This document shows positions 28,891-37,582 of a stretch of 64,000 nt of DNA, in pieces. The notes below the pieces were generated by a model. The model was not told the origin of the DNA and ran no database searches. It saw only the letters and a program-made list of their open reading frames with translations. Source of the stretch: Thermoplasmatota archaeon (GTDB lineage Archaea > Thermoplasmatota > Penumbrarchaeia > Penumbrarchaeales > Penumbrarchaeaceae); assembly GCA_029762535.1 (NCBI GenBank), contig JARVGK010000007.1:44190-108189 (forward strand), read 5' to 3'. Positions within the stretch are counted from its first letter, which is position 1, and every line of letters begins with the position of its first letter. The translations under genes were made by a program, and so were the position numbers.

Positions 28891-29520
28891 TCACTGCTTC
28901 GGATAGTCGAAGATCTCCGGCGCGTCCTCGGCTATCACGTGCACTCTGGGCTTGACCTTCATGCTCATCTCGATGAGCCTCTTCGTGGAGAGGACCAAAG
29001 CAACGAAGATAACCGCGAAGGCGATCCCCGCTATGATGAACGGGATCGTCCTCGCGTTGAAGAGGGTCTCGGAATCGATCCGGATCACCTTAACAACGAC
29101 GTTGAGCCTGTACTCTCCCTTCCCGGAGATGAGAATGAATATCCTAGCATCCTCCGATCCCTCGTTGATGACATCAACGAATAGCTGCTCGCCCTTGTCG
29201 ATGGTCTGACGGAACGTCCCGTTGATGGGGTCCCTGTTCTCATCATACACCATGAACTTTATGAAGCCGGAGCTCTGCTGGAATATGCTTATGTTGACCT
29301 TCCTGTTCGCCGGGATCGAGTAGCTGAAATAATCGATATCCTCCACATCGCCTAAATTGACATAACCCCTGACGTAGTCGTTGCCGATCATCCTGTTCGC
29401 CCTGTCGAAGGAGTCGTTGGGCTCCCTCTCGTTGAAATCGGATCCCGAACAGATCCCCGAAAATAACACCGTCGATAAGATGAACACACTCAGAATGCGG
29501 AGGAAACGCAAGGAGATCAT
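28891..29520 (-). CDS. Membrane-anchored exported protein with PPC-like domain
   Basis: Signal peptide, EREPNDSF..A, DIDYF, C-terminal TM. Confidence 0.75.
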   Translation of the reverse strand: MISLRFLRILSVFILSTVLFSGICSGSDFNEREPNDSFDRANRMIGNDYVRGYVNLGDVEDIDYFSYSIPANRKVNISIFQQSSGFIKFMVYDENRDPINGTFRQTIDKGEQLFVDVINEGSEDARIFILISGKGEYRLNVVVKVIRIDSETLFNARTIPFIIAGIAFAVIFVALVLSTKRLIEMSMKVKPRVHVIAEDAPEIFDYPKQ

Positions 29521-29835
29521 TGGGCTCTGCTCCCGGCCATCATCATCAACAAGATAGATGAGAGTTTTGAACTTACTCTATGGATATTATATAAAATACA
29601 TATTTACCCGGGGCGGGAACCTTTCTCATTCATCACATGAGGCCTTCCCATTTTTCCTTGCACCTGTTGCGATACATCGGAGAATTATTAATCCGTTTCC
29701 TAAATAGAAAACGTCCCCAATATAGAGGATATAAATCGATCGGAATTCTCCCTCTCTATATCGCACTCATTACATCTACATAAAGAAAACACTATCGGTT
29801 CATCGACTTTATATCCGGCATGGCGTTTTCCCTTT

Positions 29836-30035
29836 TGTCTGCCCAAAGGGGCAGTCACCATCCGGAGTGTCACGGAAGCGATCCCTGAAAAGGGGATCCC
29901 GCCATCAGGGAACGAAAGGTTTTCTCATTAAACCCCCCCAGTAGAAAGATCCGATGGGTAATCCAAACTGAAGGGACTTACCACCAGCGGGATCCCCACT
30001 CCATCTATGTAGAGAACATATTCTACATAGACAGT
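29836..30035 (+). ncRNA. Candidate structured non-coding RNA or leader (family unassigned)
   Basis: Nested stems: CTGCCC/GGGCAG; GGAGT/ACTCC; GGGGATCCCGC/GCGGGATCCCC; GGTAA-TCC/GGA-C-TTACC; TCTATGTAGA/TCTACATAGA; TATA-like TTTATAT at ~29808. Confidence 0.4.
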
Positions 30036-30071
30036 CCTTCTATCCATCTACAGCGATGCCGGTGGCCGTCC

Positions 30072-30443
30072 ATGCAGGAGAACGAGCAGCGAAGGAGCGA
30101 ACTCATATCGAAGCTCTACGAGCGGGTCTGCCGATCCATTCTGGAGAGGCGCAGGCTGAGGATCATCATGAGGGATCCCCTTAAAAAGAGCATAGAGCTC
30201 ATTGTGGAGCCCCATTACTCGAACATCGACTGGGAGGGGGACCTGTTCATGATCGCAAAAAGGGTCCGCGGCCCCGCCCCTTATGCCGAGAGAAGGGGTT
30301 GGAATATAATATTCCTCAAGGAGATAAGCAGATACACCCTGCTCAAAGACGCGTTCGAACCCGACATCAAAATCCACGATTACATCGAGGAGTTCGCCCA
30401 TACCGTCATTCGCCCGAGCGAATATGAGCTATACATCGTCTAG
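30072..30443 (+). CDS. Standalone WYL-like domain protein
   Basis: Pattern SILERRRLRI..IVEPH..LFMIA..WNIIFLKEI..TLLKDAF resembles the WYL consensus. Confidence 0.55.
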   Translation: MQENEQRRSELISKLYERVCRSILERRRLRIIMRDPLKKSIELIVEPHYSNIDWEGDLFMIAKRVRGPAPYAERRGWNIIFLKEISRYTLLKDAFEPDIKIHDYIEEFAHTVIRPSEYELYIV

Positions 30444-30655
30444 CTCGGAGCCTTCACGGAGGAGTGGAAGCCCTTGAGGCCCAGAGCGAGAAGCACTGTG
30501 CCGAGAACGAACAGCGTCATCCAGTCGAAGAACAGATCGAACATCACGGGAACGTAGTAGGATCCCGGATGGAAGATGCCCTGATACAGCATCCTCGATC
30601 CCTGCCCCATCATCGCGATCCCGCATATCACGATCAATATCATCCTTGCCTTCAT
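30440..30655 (-). CDS. Small two-TM membrane protein
   Basis: 71 aa with two hydrophobic segments; AT-rich promoter-like region upstream. Confidence 0.55.
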   Translation of the reverse strand: MKARMILIVICGIAMMGQGSRMLYQGIFHPGSYYVPVMFDLFFDWMTLFVLGTVLLALGLKGFHSSVKAPS

Positions 30656-30766
30656 GAACGATCATCGATATGCCGTATATATATCAGGTATTGGAATATT
30701 ATCAATGATGAAAAACGCATTTGCATGCAAAAACTATATGTATCAAGATAACCAATATATACCCAA

Positions 30767-30864
30767 TTCGGGTCACGGGGATCAAGCTTCCCTTTCACCT
30801 ACTGGAACATCTTTCCCGTGACCCGAAAACCTTTTCCGAAGATGCATCCCTGCATCAGGGATGC
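30767..30864. repeat. Two inverted repeats (13 bp and 9 bp) in an intergenic region
   Basis: TTCGGGTCACGGG (30767) / CCCGTGACCCGAA (30815); GCATCCCTG (30844) / CAGGGATGC (30856). Confidence 0.7.
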
Positions 30865-30915
30865 CGTATATAACCCGAACCACAATAGATTACGGACCCT
30901 TTATAGACTATATCG

Positions 30916-31863
30916 TCACTTCATGAAGGAAGCGCGGTATGCGATCTCGGCTATCTCGTCGATGTAGGTTATTATCCTGTTGAACGAATCGGCCACTTCC
31001 GCCCAAGCGATCGCGTTCTCGGCCCCGTCGTGTACCCGGTCTACCCATCGAAGCTCCCTGCAGGAATGGATCACGCTCTCGGACACCTCGGCATCCTTCT
31101 CCAGAAACGCCTTGACGGACCGGTCCAGTATCTCCTGCAGCTGGAAGAACGCCGTATCGGGCGGGATCGGACCCTGCCCCGACGCGACCTTGGCCATATT
31201 CAATGCGTGGTCCGCGATCCTCTCGAGATTGTTGCTCACGGTCACGTAATTGCTGCCGTTGTCCCTGTATATTCCAAGCGTCTCCGAGTTCGATGAATCG
31301 TATAGAACAAGGTTGTAATGCCTCTTTATGAGCCAGTTGTAAAAGTTTACGCTGTGGTCCATATCCTCCATGTCGGGGATGCGGCCCTTGTCCCCCTCCA
31401 TGCTCTCCACCGAAAGCCGGAGCATGCTCCGCGTCATCTTGTGCATCCTCTCGAGCGCCCTGACGGTGTCGTACCTGGAATAATCCAGAAGGTCCCTGGC
31501 GACGAGGCGGTCGGCCTCCTCCTCGACGATCTCGAACCCGGTGATCCTGGACAGCACCGTTTTGATGTCGGACCTCAGCCTGTTCGGGTCCCTGTCCCCG
31601 AACCTGAAGTTTATGGCGGTGAACCCGGATATGTAAAGGCCGATTATCTTTCGGTAGAGGGTGTCGATATCGTCATCGACGACCATGTCATATTCCCTGG
31701 GATTGCGCGGCCTTCCGGGGATGTTGAGCACCATGGTCCCGTCCCCCCTCAACGAGAGCTTCATGCTCTCCCCCTTGGACAGGCCGCTCCTGACAACCCA
31801 ATCCTTCGGAAGGGATATCGTGAAGGTCGAGTGCCCTGTCTTCTGGATCTTTCTCGTATCCAT
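30916..31863 (-). CDS. AbrB-domain + PhoU-domain phosphate uptake regulator (paralog B)
   Basis: MDTRKIQKTGHSTFTISLPKDWV; LYISGF; G.EIVEE; LERIADHA; start ATG 31863. Confidence 0.88.
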   Translation of the reverse strand: MDTRKIQKTGHSTFTISLPKDWVVRSGLSKGESMKLSLRGDGTMVLNIPGRPRNPREYDMVVDDDIDTLYRKIIGLYISGFTAINFRFGDRDPNRLRSDIKTVLSRITGFEIVEEEADRLVARDLLDYSRYDTVRALERMHKMTRSMLRLSVESMEGDKGRIPDMEDMDHSVNFYNWLIKRHYNLVLYDSSNSETLGIYRDNGSNYVTVSNNLERIADHALNMAKVASGQGPIPPDTAFFQLQEILDRSVKAFLEKDAEVSESVIHSCRELRWVDRVHDGAENAIAWAEVADSFNRIITYIDEIAEIAYRASFMK

Positions 31864-31927
31864 GCGACCATATTCGCTATCAAGGTAGTTTATGATTGTC
31901 AATATATAATATATTGGACCATATATA

Positions 31928-32959
31928 CTATGTATTATGCGGGGCCGCGAATTCGCGCGAGAAGAGCTGATTGATGGATATCTCGCATATGTCCTGCATG
32001 TAAGATACGATCCTGTCCATCGAATCAAGGACGAAGGCGCAAGCGAGTGATGCCTGGGTCCTGTCGGCAGAAGCGAGAAGGGGGTCCCTTATCGCGCGGA
32101 TGTTCCTCTCGAGATCGGCGCATTTATTTACAAGGGAATCGGACATGGCCAGATCGCCCCTGTTGAACGCCTCCATGGCATTGTCCAGGATGCGCACCAT
32201 GGCCGCGTTGATCCGGTTCATCCCTGATAGGTCCATGCCTTCCCCCACCGCGTCCCAGTATTTACCGATCCTCAGGACATGCCGGCTTATCCTCTCCAGA
32301 CACCTCACAAGAAGAAGGTATCCCAGGGCCCCGTGGACCTTCATCTCCTCCTCGGTCTCGTCCCTGGATATCCTGGTGTAGTTCTTCATGATGAGGAGAT
32401 GGAACCTCTGTATCTCGGCATATCTCTCCTCGAGCTCTCCGACGTTCGGAGCGTCCCCTCCTTTGCGGTCCGGGATGTACTTCATCATGCCCCTGACGAT
32501 GAGATGGACCCTTCTCACCGACTGTTCGAAGGAGAATCTGCCCTTGACGGTGAGGTCCCTCACGATAACATGGTCCGAATCCTCCTCGATTATATCCAGA
32601 CCGGTGAAGCTGGATAATATGGACCTGATCGAGTCACGGGACACTAAATCGTTCTCCTCCATATCGAGCCTTATGGAATCATATCCCGCCAGATAGGCCG
32701 CGGTGAAGGCCCGCAGGACGTCCTCCGGATCCTTCCCGCGCATGTCGATCCTGTAAGGAGGGGTCCTGTCGACCGGGACAGAGATATCCAGGAGGGGCTT
32801 GAACAGTATCGTTCGGTCGGATACGGGAATTATGTTCATGTTGTCGCCGTTCTTGAGCCCCAATCTCTCGACCCATTTCTTAGGGAGAGTAATGAGGAAC
32901 GTGGAGTTGCCCGAGCACTGTATCCTTCTCATCTCGGATAATACCTCATCCATACGCAT
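31928..32959 (-). CDS. AbrB-domain + PhoU-domain phosphate uptake regulator (paralog A)
   Basis: RRIQCSGNSTFLITLPKKWV; AYLAGYD; LERISRH; start ATG 32959 coupled (TGATG) to the pstB stop. Confidence 0.88.
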   Translation of the reverse strand: MRMDEVLSEMRRIQCSGNSTFLITLPKKWVERLGLKNGDNMNIIPVSDRTILFKPLLDISVPVDRTPPYRIDMRGKDPEDVLRAFTAAYLAGYDSIRLDMEENDLVSRDSIRSILSSFTGLDIIEEDSDHVIVRDLTVKGRFSFEQSVRRVHLIVRGMMKYIPDRKGGDAPNVGELEERYAEIQRFHLLIMKNYTRISRDETEEEMKVHGALGYLLLVRCLERISRHVLRIGKYWDAVGEGMDLSGMNRINAAMVRILDNAMEAFNRGDLAMSDSLVNKCADLERNIRAIRDPLLASADRTQASLACAFVLDSMDRIVSYMQDICEISINQLFSREFAAPHNT

Positions 32960-33714
32960 CACCCGAACTTCCCCGATATGTAGTTCCTGGTGTTCTCCGA
33001 GCGCGGGTTCTTGAAGACCTGCGCGGTCCTGCCGTACTCTATCAACTTTCCCAGGTGCATATACGCGACGTGATCCGAGACGCGGGCTGCCTGCTCCATG
33101 TTGTGGGTCACTATCGCCACGCAGTACTCTTTGGAGAGCTCCCTGATGAGCTTCTCTATCTTCGATGTTGAAATAGGGTCCAGAGCCGAGCAGGGCTCGT
33201 CCATGAGCAGGATCTCCGGGTCCATGGCAAGGGCCCTGGCGATGCACAGCCTCTGCTGCTGCCCGCCAGATAGCTCCGTGGCGTCCTCGTCGAGCCTGTC
33301 GCCCAGCTCCTCATCGAGGGCGGACCTCTCCAGGGAACTCTTGACGATCGCATCGAGTATGCTCCTCTTCCTGATACCTGCCATCCTGGGTCCATATGCT
33401 ATGTTGTCATACACCGAGAATGGAAAGGGGTTTGGCTTCTGGAACACCATTCCCACCCTTCTCCTCAGGCTGACCAGGTCCGATCCCTTCGAATAGATGT
33501 CCTCGCCGTCAAGGATGATGGAGCCCTTGACCCTGCACCCTTCGATGTGGTCGTTCATCCTGTTCATGCATCTTATGAGCGTGGATTTCCCGCATCCGGA
33601 GGGGCCTATGATCGCGGTGACCTTTCTATCAAGAACAGGGAGATCGACATCGTACAGAGCCTGCTTCTTTCCATACCATAGAGAGAGGCCTCTGACCGCC
33701 ACCTTGCTGCTCAT
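32959..33714 (-). CDS. pstB: Phosphate ABC transporter ATPase PstB (copy 2)
   Basis: [40 protein letters not shown]. Confidence 0.95.
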   Translation of the reverse strand: MSSKVAVRGLSLWYGKKQALYDVDLPVLDRKVTAIIGPSGCGKSTLIRCMNRMNDHIEGCRVKGSIILDGEDIYSKGSDLVSLRRRVGMVFQKPNPFPFSVYDNIAYGPRMAGIRKRSILDAIVKSSLERSALDEELGDRLDEDATELSGGQQQRLCIARALAMDPEILLMDEPCSALDPISTSKIEKLIRELSKEYCVAIVTHNMEQAARVSDHVAYMHLGKLIEYGRTAQVFKNPRSENTRNYISGKFG

Positions 33715-33780
33715 GCGGAAAAGCCATATGGAACACGATATTTGTATATGTTCAATATATTTTATATGCCAAACTATATT

Positions 33781-34947
33781 CTATATATTCACAAGGGACT
33801 GATAGAGGTCCTCCATCCTTGCCGAAAGTCGCTCCATGGACCATTTGCGGGCATGTTCCAAAGCCTCGTTCGATACCCTATCCCAGAGATCAACATCGGT
33901 CAGCAGCTGCACCGTTCTCATCGAGAAATCCTCCACATCGTTCTCGACCATGAAACCCCCGTTGTCCCCTCCCATGAAGTATTTCGTCCCCATCTCCCCT
34001 ACCGCAACAACGGGAGTGCCGCAGCACATCGCCTCCCCTGTGACGAGGCCCTGCGTCTCGGTGAGCGACGGGAACACGAACACGTCAGCTATGGTCAGCA
34101 CGTTCTTCACAAGCTCCCGTGGAACGTATCCAGTGAAGGTGGCTTTCTTCTCGAGCCCCCTCCCCTTCACATCGGACCTCATCTCCTCGAGGTAAGGGCC
34201 GGATCCCGTCACGAGCAGATGGGCCTCGGGGACCTCCCCGACGACCTTCTCGAGCACCCCAACGAGCATGTCCACGTTCTTCTCCAGGCCCACCCTTCCG
34301 AGATAGGCCATGACCTTCTTTCCCTTCAGCTCCGGCCATTTCAAAAATAAGGGCGACCCCCTCTTCTCAGCCTCCTTGTCCGCACTCTGGAACTCATCGG
34401 CATCGATCCCCGTGGGAACGACGTGGATCTCCCCCTTTATACCGTAACCCTTGAGCACCTCCTTCATCTGAGGGGTGGGGGTTATCAGAAGGTCCGCCCT
34501 TTTAGACAGCCCTCTCATTATGGAGCGGGCGATCCCTCTGGAGACGGATGATGGCGCGAACGGCAGGTAGTGGCCGGCGTACTGCTCCCAGTGGGTGTGG
34601 AAGGTGACGGCCGTTGGCACCTTCCTCTTTTTGGCCCAGGCCATGGAGAGCCTTCCCATCTCGAACTCGGTCTGAACGTGGACGATGTCCGGACGGATCC
34701 CATCCAGCACCTTGAAGACACTTCTCCTCTCCCAGGGTAGGACAAGTCGGTCCTCCTTTGAAAAGAACAGCCCCGTGGATCGGAAGCGATGTGTGTTCCC
34801 ATCGTCTAGATGATCCCCCGGATAGCGGGGGGCCAGAACGTGGATATCATGCCCTCTCCTGCGGAGGTACTTCCCGAAGCGGTCTATGGATGTGGCCATG
34901 CCGCTGACGCGGGGATGATAGTTGTCGGTGGAATATACGATCTTCAT
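33781..34947 (-). CDS. GT4-family glycosyltransferase (diacylglycerol glucosyltransferase-like)
   Basis: TDNYHPRVSGMATS, DIVHVQTEF, TFHT, PTGID, GRVGLEKN, FPSLTETQGLV..EAM. Confidence 0.88.
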   Translation of the reverse strand: MKIVYSTDNYHPRVSGMATSIDRFGKYLRRRGHDIHVLAPRYPGDHLDDGNTHRFRSTGLFFSKEDRLVLPWERRSVFKVLDGIRPDIVHVQTEFEMGRLSMAWAKKRKVPTAVTFHTHWEQYAGHYLPFAPSSVSRGIARSIMRGLSKRADLLITPTPQMKEVLKGYGIKGEIHVVPTGIDADEFQSADKEAEKRGSPLFLKWPELKGKKVMAYLGRVGLEKNVDMLVGVLEKVVGEVPEAHLLVTGSGPYLEEMRSDVKGRGLEKKATFTGYVPRELVKNVLTIADVFVFPSLTETQGLVTGEAMCCGTPVVAVGEMGTKYFMGGDNGGFMVENDVEDFSMRTVQLLTDVDLWDRVSNEALEHARKWSMERLSARMEDLYQSLVNI

Positions 34948-34964
34948 TCATCCCCCTCGATTTT

Positions 34965-35819
34965 CTAAAGTTCATCGCTCTCTTCATCCTCAAAAAAAAC
35001 TTCAATGGGTCTTATATCGAGCCACTCGTTAATTTTATCTGAAAATCCCTTTCTCACCTGATGGTTATTAATATCCATTCGTATAATGAACTTATCATGA
35101 TCCATCTCAAGATAATTCTTTAAATGCGATCTCGAAAGATCCGTCATGATCCTTCTAACCTTTTCCCGCAATTGTGCCTTGCTTTTATCGCTAAAAGATT
35201 TATCGAGACACCCCAGAAGATTATGGACTATACTTTCATAGCTGATCCATTCCGATTTAACCGAAGCCCATTTCAAAATACCTGCTATTGGTTTTTTTAA
35301 CTCCTCTGGTGACGATTCCGGAACAGCCAACAATTGAAAGGAAGGTTCTACTGTCCTGAAACCTTGCCAATTTTTTAGTATTATCTCCAGATTTCTATCA
35401 TTTATCATTTCGATCTCAACATTAATGGGTGTTTCAACCTGGATCAGATTGTACCCTGGATATTTGTTTAATCCGAACTGGTCTGTTATCAAGAATGGAT
35501 ATCCGGCAGGGGACCTATCCCCTTCGATCGATAGCACCCGTTTGATATAATCCCTTGGTTTACAGTCTTTATACTTTTTCATGACGTCTCCCTTCGATTT
35601 CGAAGAGGACAGGTCACAGATGCAAAAAAATTCCTGAGAAAACCCGAATATATCAGGCGTCAAACCGTCATCTGTAGAACCCTCACACCAGTAATCCGAA
35701 TACCCTGCTTGATAGAAAGGTCCCTCTTCCTCGCTGGTCTTGTGAAAAAGAAATATCCCTCTCCTCCATAGGTTTATCCTTCGCTGAGCATCATCAGGCA
35801 AATATTTCCACTCCATCAT
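34965..35819 (-). CDS. Hypothetical protein (AT-rich; possible degenerate PD-(D/E)XK fold)
   Basis: 284-aa ORF; TPDIFG..ICDLS..K..KKY; overlaps the upstream partner gene. Confidence 0.65.
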   Translation of the reverse strand: MMEWKYLPDDAQRRINLWRRGIFLFHKTSEEEGPFYQAGYSDYWCEGSTDDGLTPDIFGFSQEFFCICDLSSSKSKGDVMKKYKDCKPRDYIKRVLSIEGDRSPAGYPFLITDQFGLNKYPGYNLIQVETPINVEIEMINDRNLEIILKNWQGFRTVEPSFQLLAVPESSPEELKKPIAGILKWASVKSEWISYESIVHNLLGCLDKSFSDKSKAQLREKVRRIMTDLSRSHLKNYLEMDHDKFIIRMDINNHQVRKGFSDKINEWLDIRPIEVFFEDEESDEL

Positions 35820-36819
35820 GGTAAAGAGTGGACATCGTGCTGAGATATCTGGAGGATAGAGTTCCGAAACGTGGAGCGATATTCATACAACCTTTTTGCT
35901 CTGTCGATATATAGGAGAACTTATCAGCCATGTCTATCTGGACGAAATCTCCGGTATGCAGGTCAACACCACTATATCTCGATAAGTCGTTTTCCATGCC
36001 ATACTGTTGAAGCCAAAGCTTCATTTCTCCTCTACCTGTCTGTGATATCGAATCAAATCCCTCGCGATCGATTTTTGATGAGAACGTTACTTCAACAAAA
36101 GTGGGACGTTCCATGTTCCGTTTCTCCAGGTCTCTGAGGCTGCCACTGTAATGGTCTCCGATCGTGCTGATCAGGAAAAATGTCTCCTCCATGTCATCGG
36201 AGGCGGAAATTGTCATATGGCCGTTGTAGAACAGTTCATATAATTGGCCGGGTCGTCCATGCTCGGACTTTCCGAATCTTGTCGAAGATATGGAAAATCG
36301 CTCTTTTATCCTTTCCAGAAGGTCATCCTGAACGTTGTTCTTTCCTATCCAAAATTTGGCTGAGAAATCCGTTCTATCGTTCCGTGGGGAAAAAATATCC
36401 CTGTACTTTATTCCAAAACCCCGGTTAACGAAACCTGTTCTCTTCTCTATACCCGTCATGAAACGTTGGGTGAACCAAGTCCTGTCCACACCAAGATTAT
36501 TCGTAAAGTTCCTTTTTATCATTGCATTGGTCGCTTCGGTCGTGGAAAGAGTGAATATCTCCCAGATCCTGCTGTTGCGGGTATCGATCCAGAATAGATC
36601 GTTGCGGTACTTGATCTCATATAGGTTGCGGTCAATCAGTTCCATACCCGATAGGTCGACAACATGAGGAAGGACCTTTTCGTCCACTTCCAACCAGAAC
36701 ACCTTTATCTGGGGGTTTGTCCAAGGGCCATATTTAGAATAAAAACTCACGTCCGAATTTCCGATAGAGGTTAGAAGGGAATACAGTTCCTTTCTATCCC
36801 TAACTCTTTTCATGGCCAC
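35794..36819 (-). CDS. Hypothetical protein (AT-rich)
   Basis: 341-aa ORF with GVDLHTG..GCMNIAPR C-terminal motif; no function recognised. Confidence 0.7.
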   Translation of the reverse strand: MAMKRVRDRKELYSLLTSIGNSDVSFYSKYGPWTNPQIKVFWLEVDEKVLPHVVDLSGMELIDRNLYEIKYRNDLFWIDTRNSRIWEIFTLSTTEATNAMIKRNFTNNLGVDRTWFTQRFMTGIEKRTGFVNRGFGIKYRDIFSPRNDRTDFSAKFWIGKNNVQDDLLERIKERFSISSTRFGKSEHGRPGQLYELFYNGHMTISASDDMEETFFLISTIGDHYSGSLRDLEKRNMERPTFVEVTFSSKIDREGFDSISQTGRGEMKLWLQQYGMENDLSRYSGVDLHTGDFVQIDMADKFSYISTEQKGCMNIAPRFGTLSSRYLSTMSTLYHDGVEIFA

Positions 36820-36832
36820 ATCCCTTTTTTAG

Positions 36833-36850
36833 TTATACATCGTTGTATAA
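36833..36850. promoter_or_regulatory. Palindromic operator-like site upstream of the AT-rich cassette
   Basis: TTATACA-tcgt-TGTATAA. Confidence 0.45.
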
Positions 36851-36882
36851 TCATTGGCCTATTTAAAGGATATCGGGTGGTT

Positions 36883-37572
36883 TTAGAACCTTCCCCTCGC
36901 CCCTCCCCCGCCGGATCGCCCGCCGCCGAAACCGCCCCCGCCCCTCCCCCCGAAGATCCAGAAGGGAAAGAGGAACACCCTGCCTTTGGTGAGGACGCTC
37001 ACGGCCACGAATATAACGACGACGATAAGGAGCTGCCACCAGAGCAAGGGCAGACAAGGTATGGGATACCACGGTTCCTTGACCTTCGGGGGTTCACCTC
37101 CATATTCATCGATTATGATCCGACCTATGGCAAGGGTCAGGTCGTATATGCCCTCGTAGTACATGCTCGCATTAAGGTAAGGAACGAAACCCTCCATTGC
37201 CAGCCGGTTCACCCTCGCGTCCGGGAGAACCCCCTCCAGGCCGTACCCCACCTCTACCCTCCACAGACCCTCGGAATAGGATATTAGTATCAGCAATCCA
37301 TTGTCCTTCCCCTCCTGACCCAGCCCCGTGGCCTCGAACGTTCTCACGGCGAAGAGGTCGATCCCGTCTGGCTGGGTTTCGTTGACTATCAGTATCGCCA
37401 TCTCCGCCCCCGTCCTTTTATAGACCTCGGAGCAGACGGATTCGATGTCGTATATCTCCTCATCAAAAAGCAGGCCTACCTGGTCGGTGACGTAGTATTC
37501 GAGAACCGGATAATCCCCAATGACGGATGGAAGGATGAGGATACTTATCAGGAACAGGGTGAGCGCTCTCAT
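36883..37572 (-). CDS. TPM-domain (DUF477/YgcG-like) membrane protein
   Basis: VTDQVGLL, GLGQEGKDNGLLILI, VEVGYGLEGVLPD, C-terminal GGFGGGRSGGGGA; start ATG 37572. Confidence 0.92.
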   Translation of the reverse strand: MRALTLFLISILILPSVIGDYPVLEYYVTDQVGLLFDEEIYDIESVCSEVYKRTGAEMAILIVNETQPDGIDLFAVRTFEATGLGQEGKDNGLLILISYSEGLWRVEVGYGLEGVLPDARVNRLAMEGFVPYLNASMYYEGIYDLTLAIGRIIIDEYGGEPPKVKEPWYPIPCLPLLWWQLLIVVVIFVAVSVLTKGRVFLFPFWIFGGRGGGGFGGGRSGGGGARGRF

Positions 37573-37582
37573 CGCGGACCCT

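Noticed and set aside
29836-30035. Assignment as SRP RNA, RNase P RNA, tRNA or group II intron
   Set aside because: Conserved signature sequences of these RNAs were not found by eye
31864-32028. N-terminal extension of ORF 30916-32028
   Set aside because: Runs through an AT-rich promoter region and the upstream gene; the AbrB domain begins at ATG 31863
32960-33247. N-terminal extension of the 439-aa ORF 31928-33247
   Set aside because: Overlaps pstB2 in another frame; the real start is the coupled ATG at 32959
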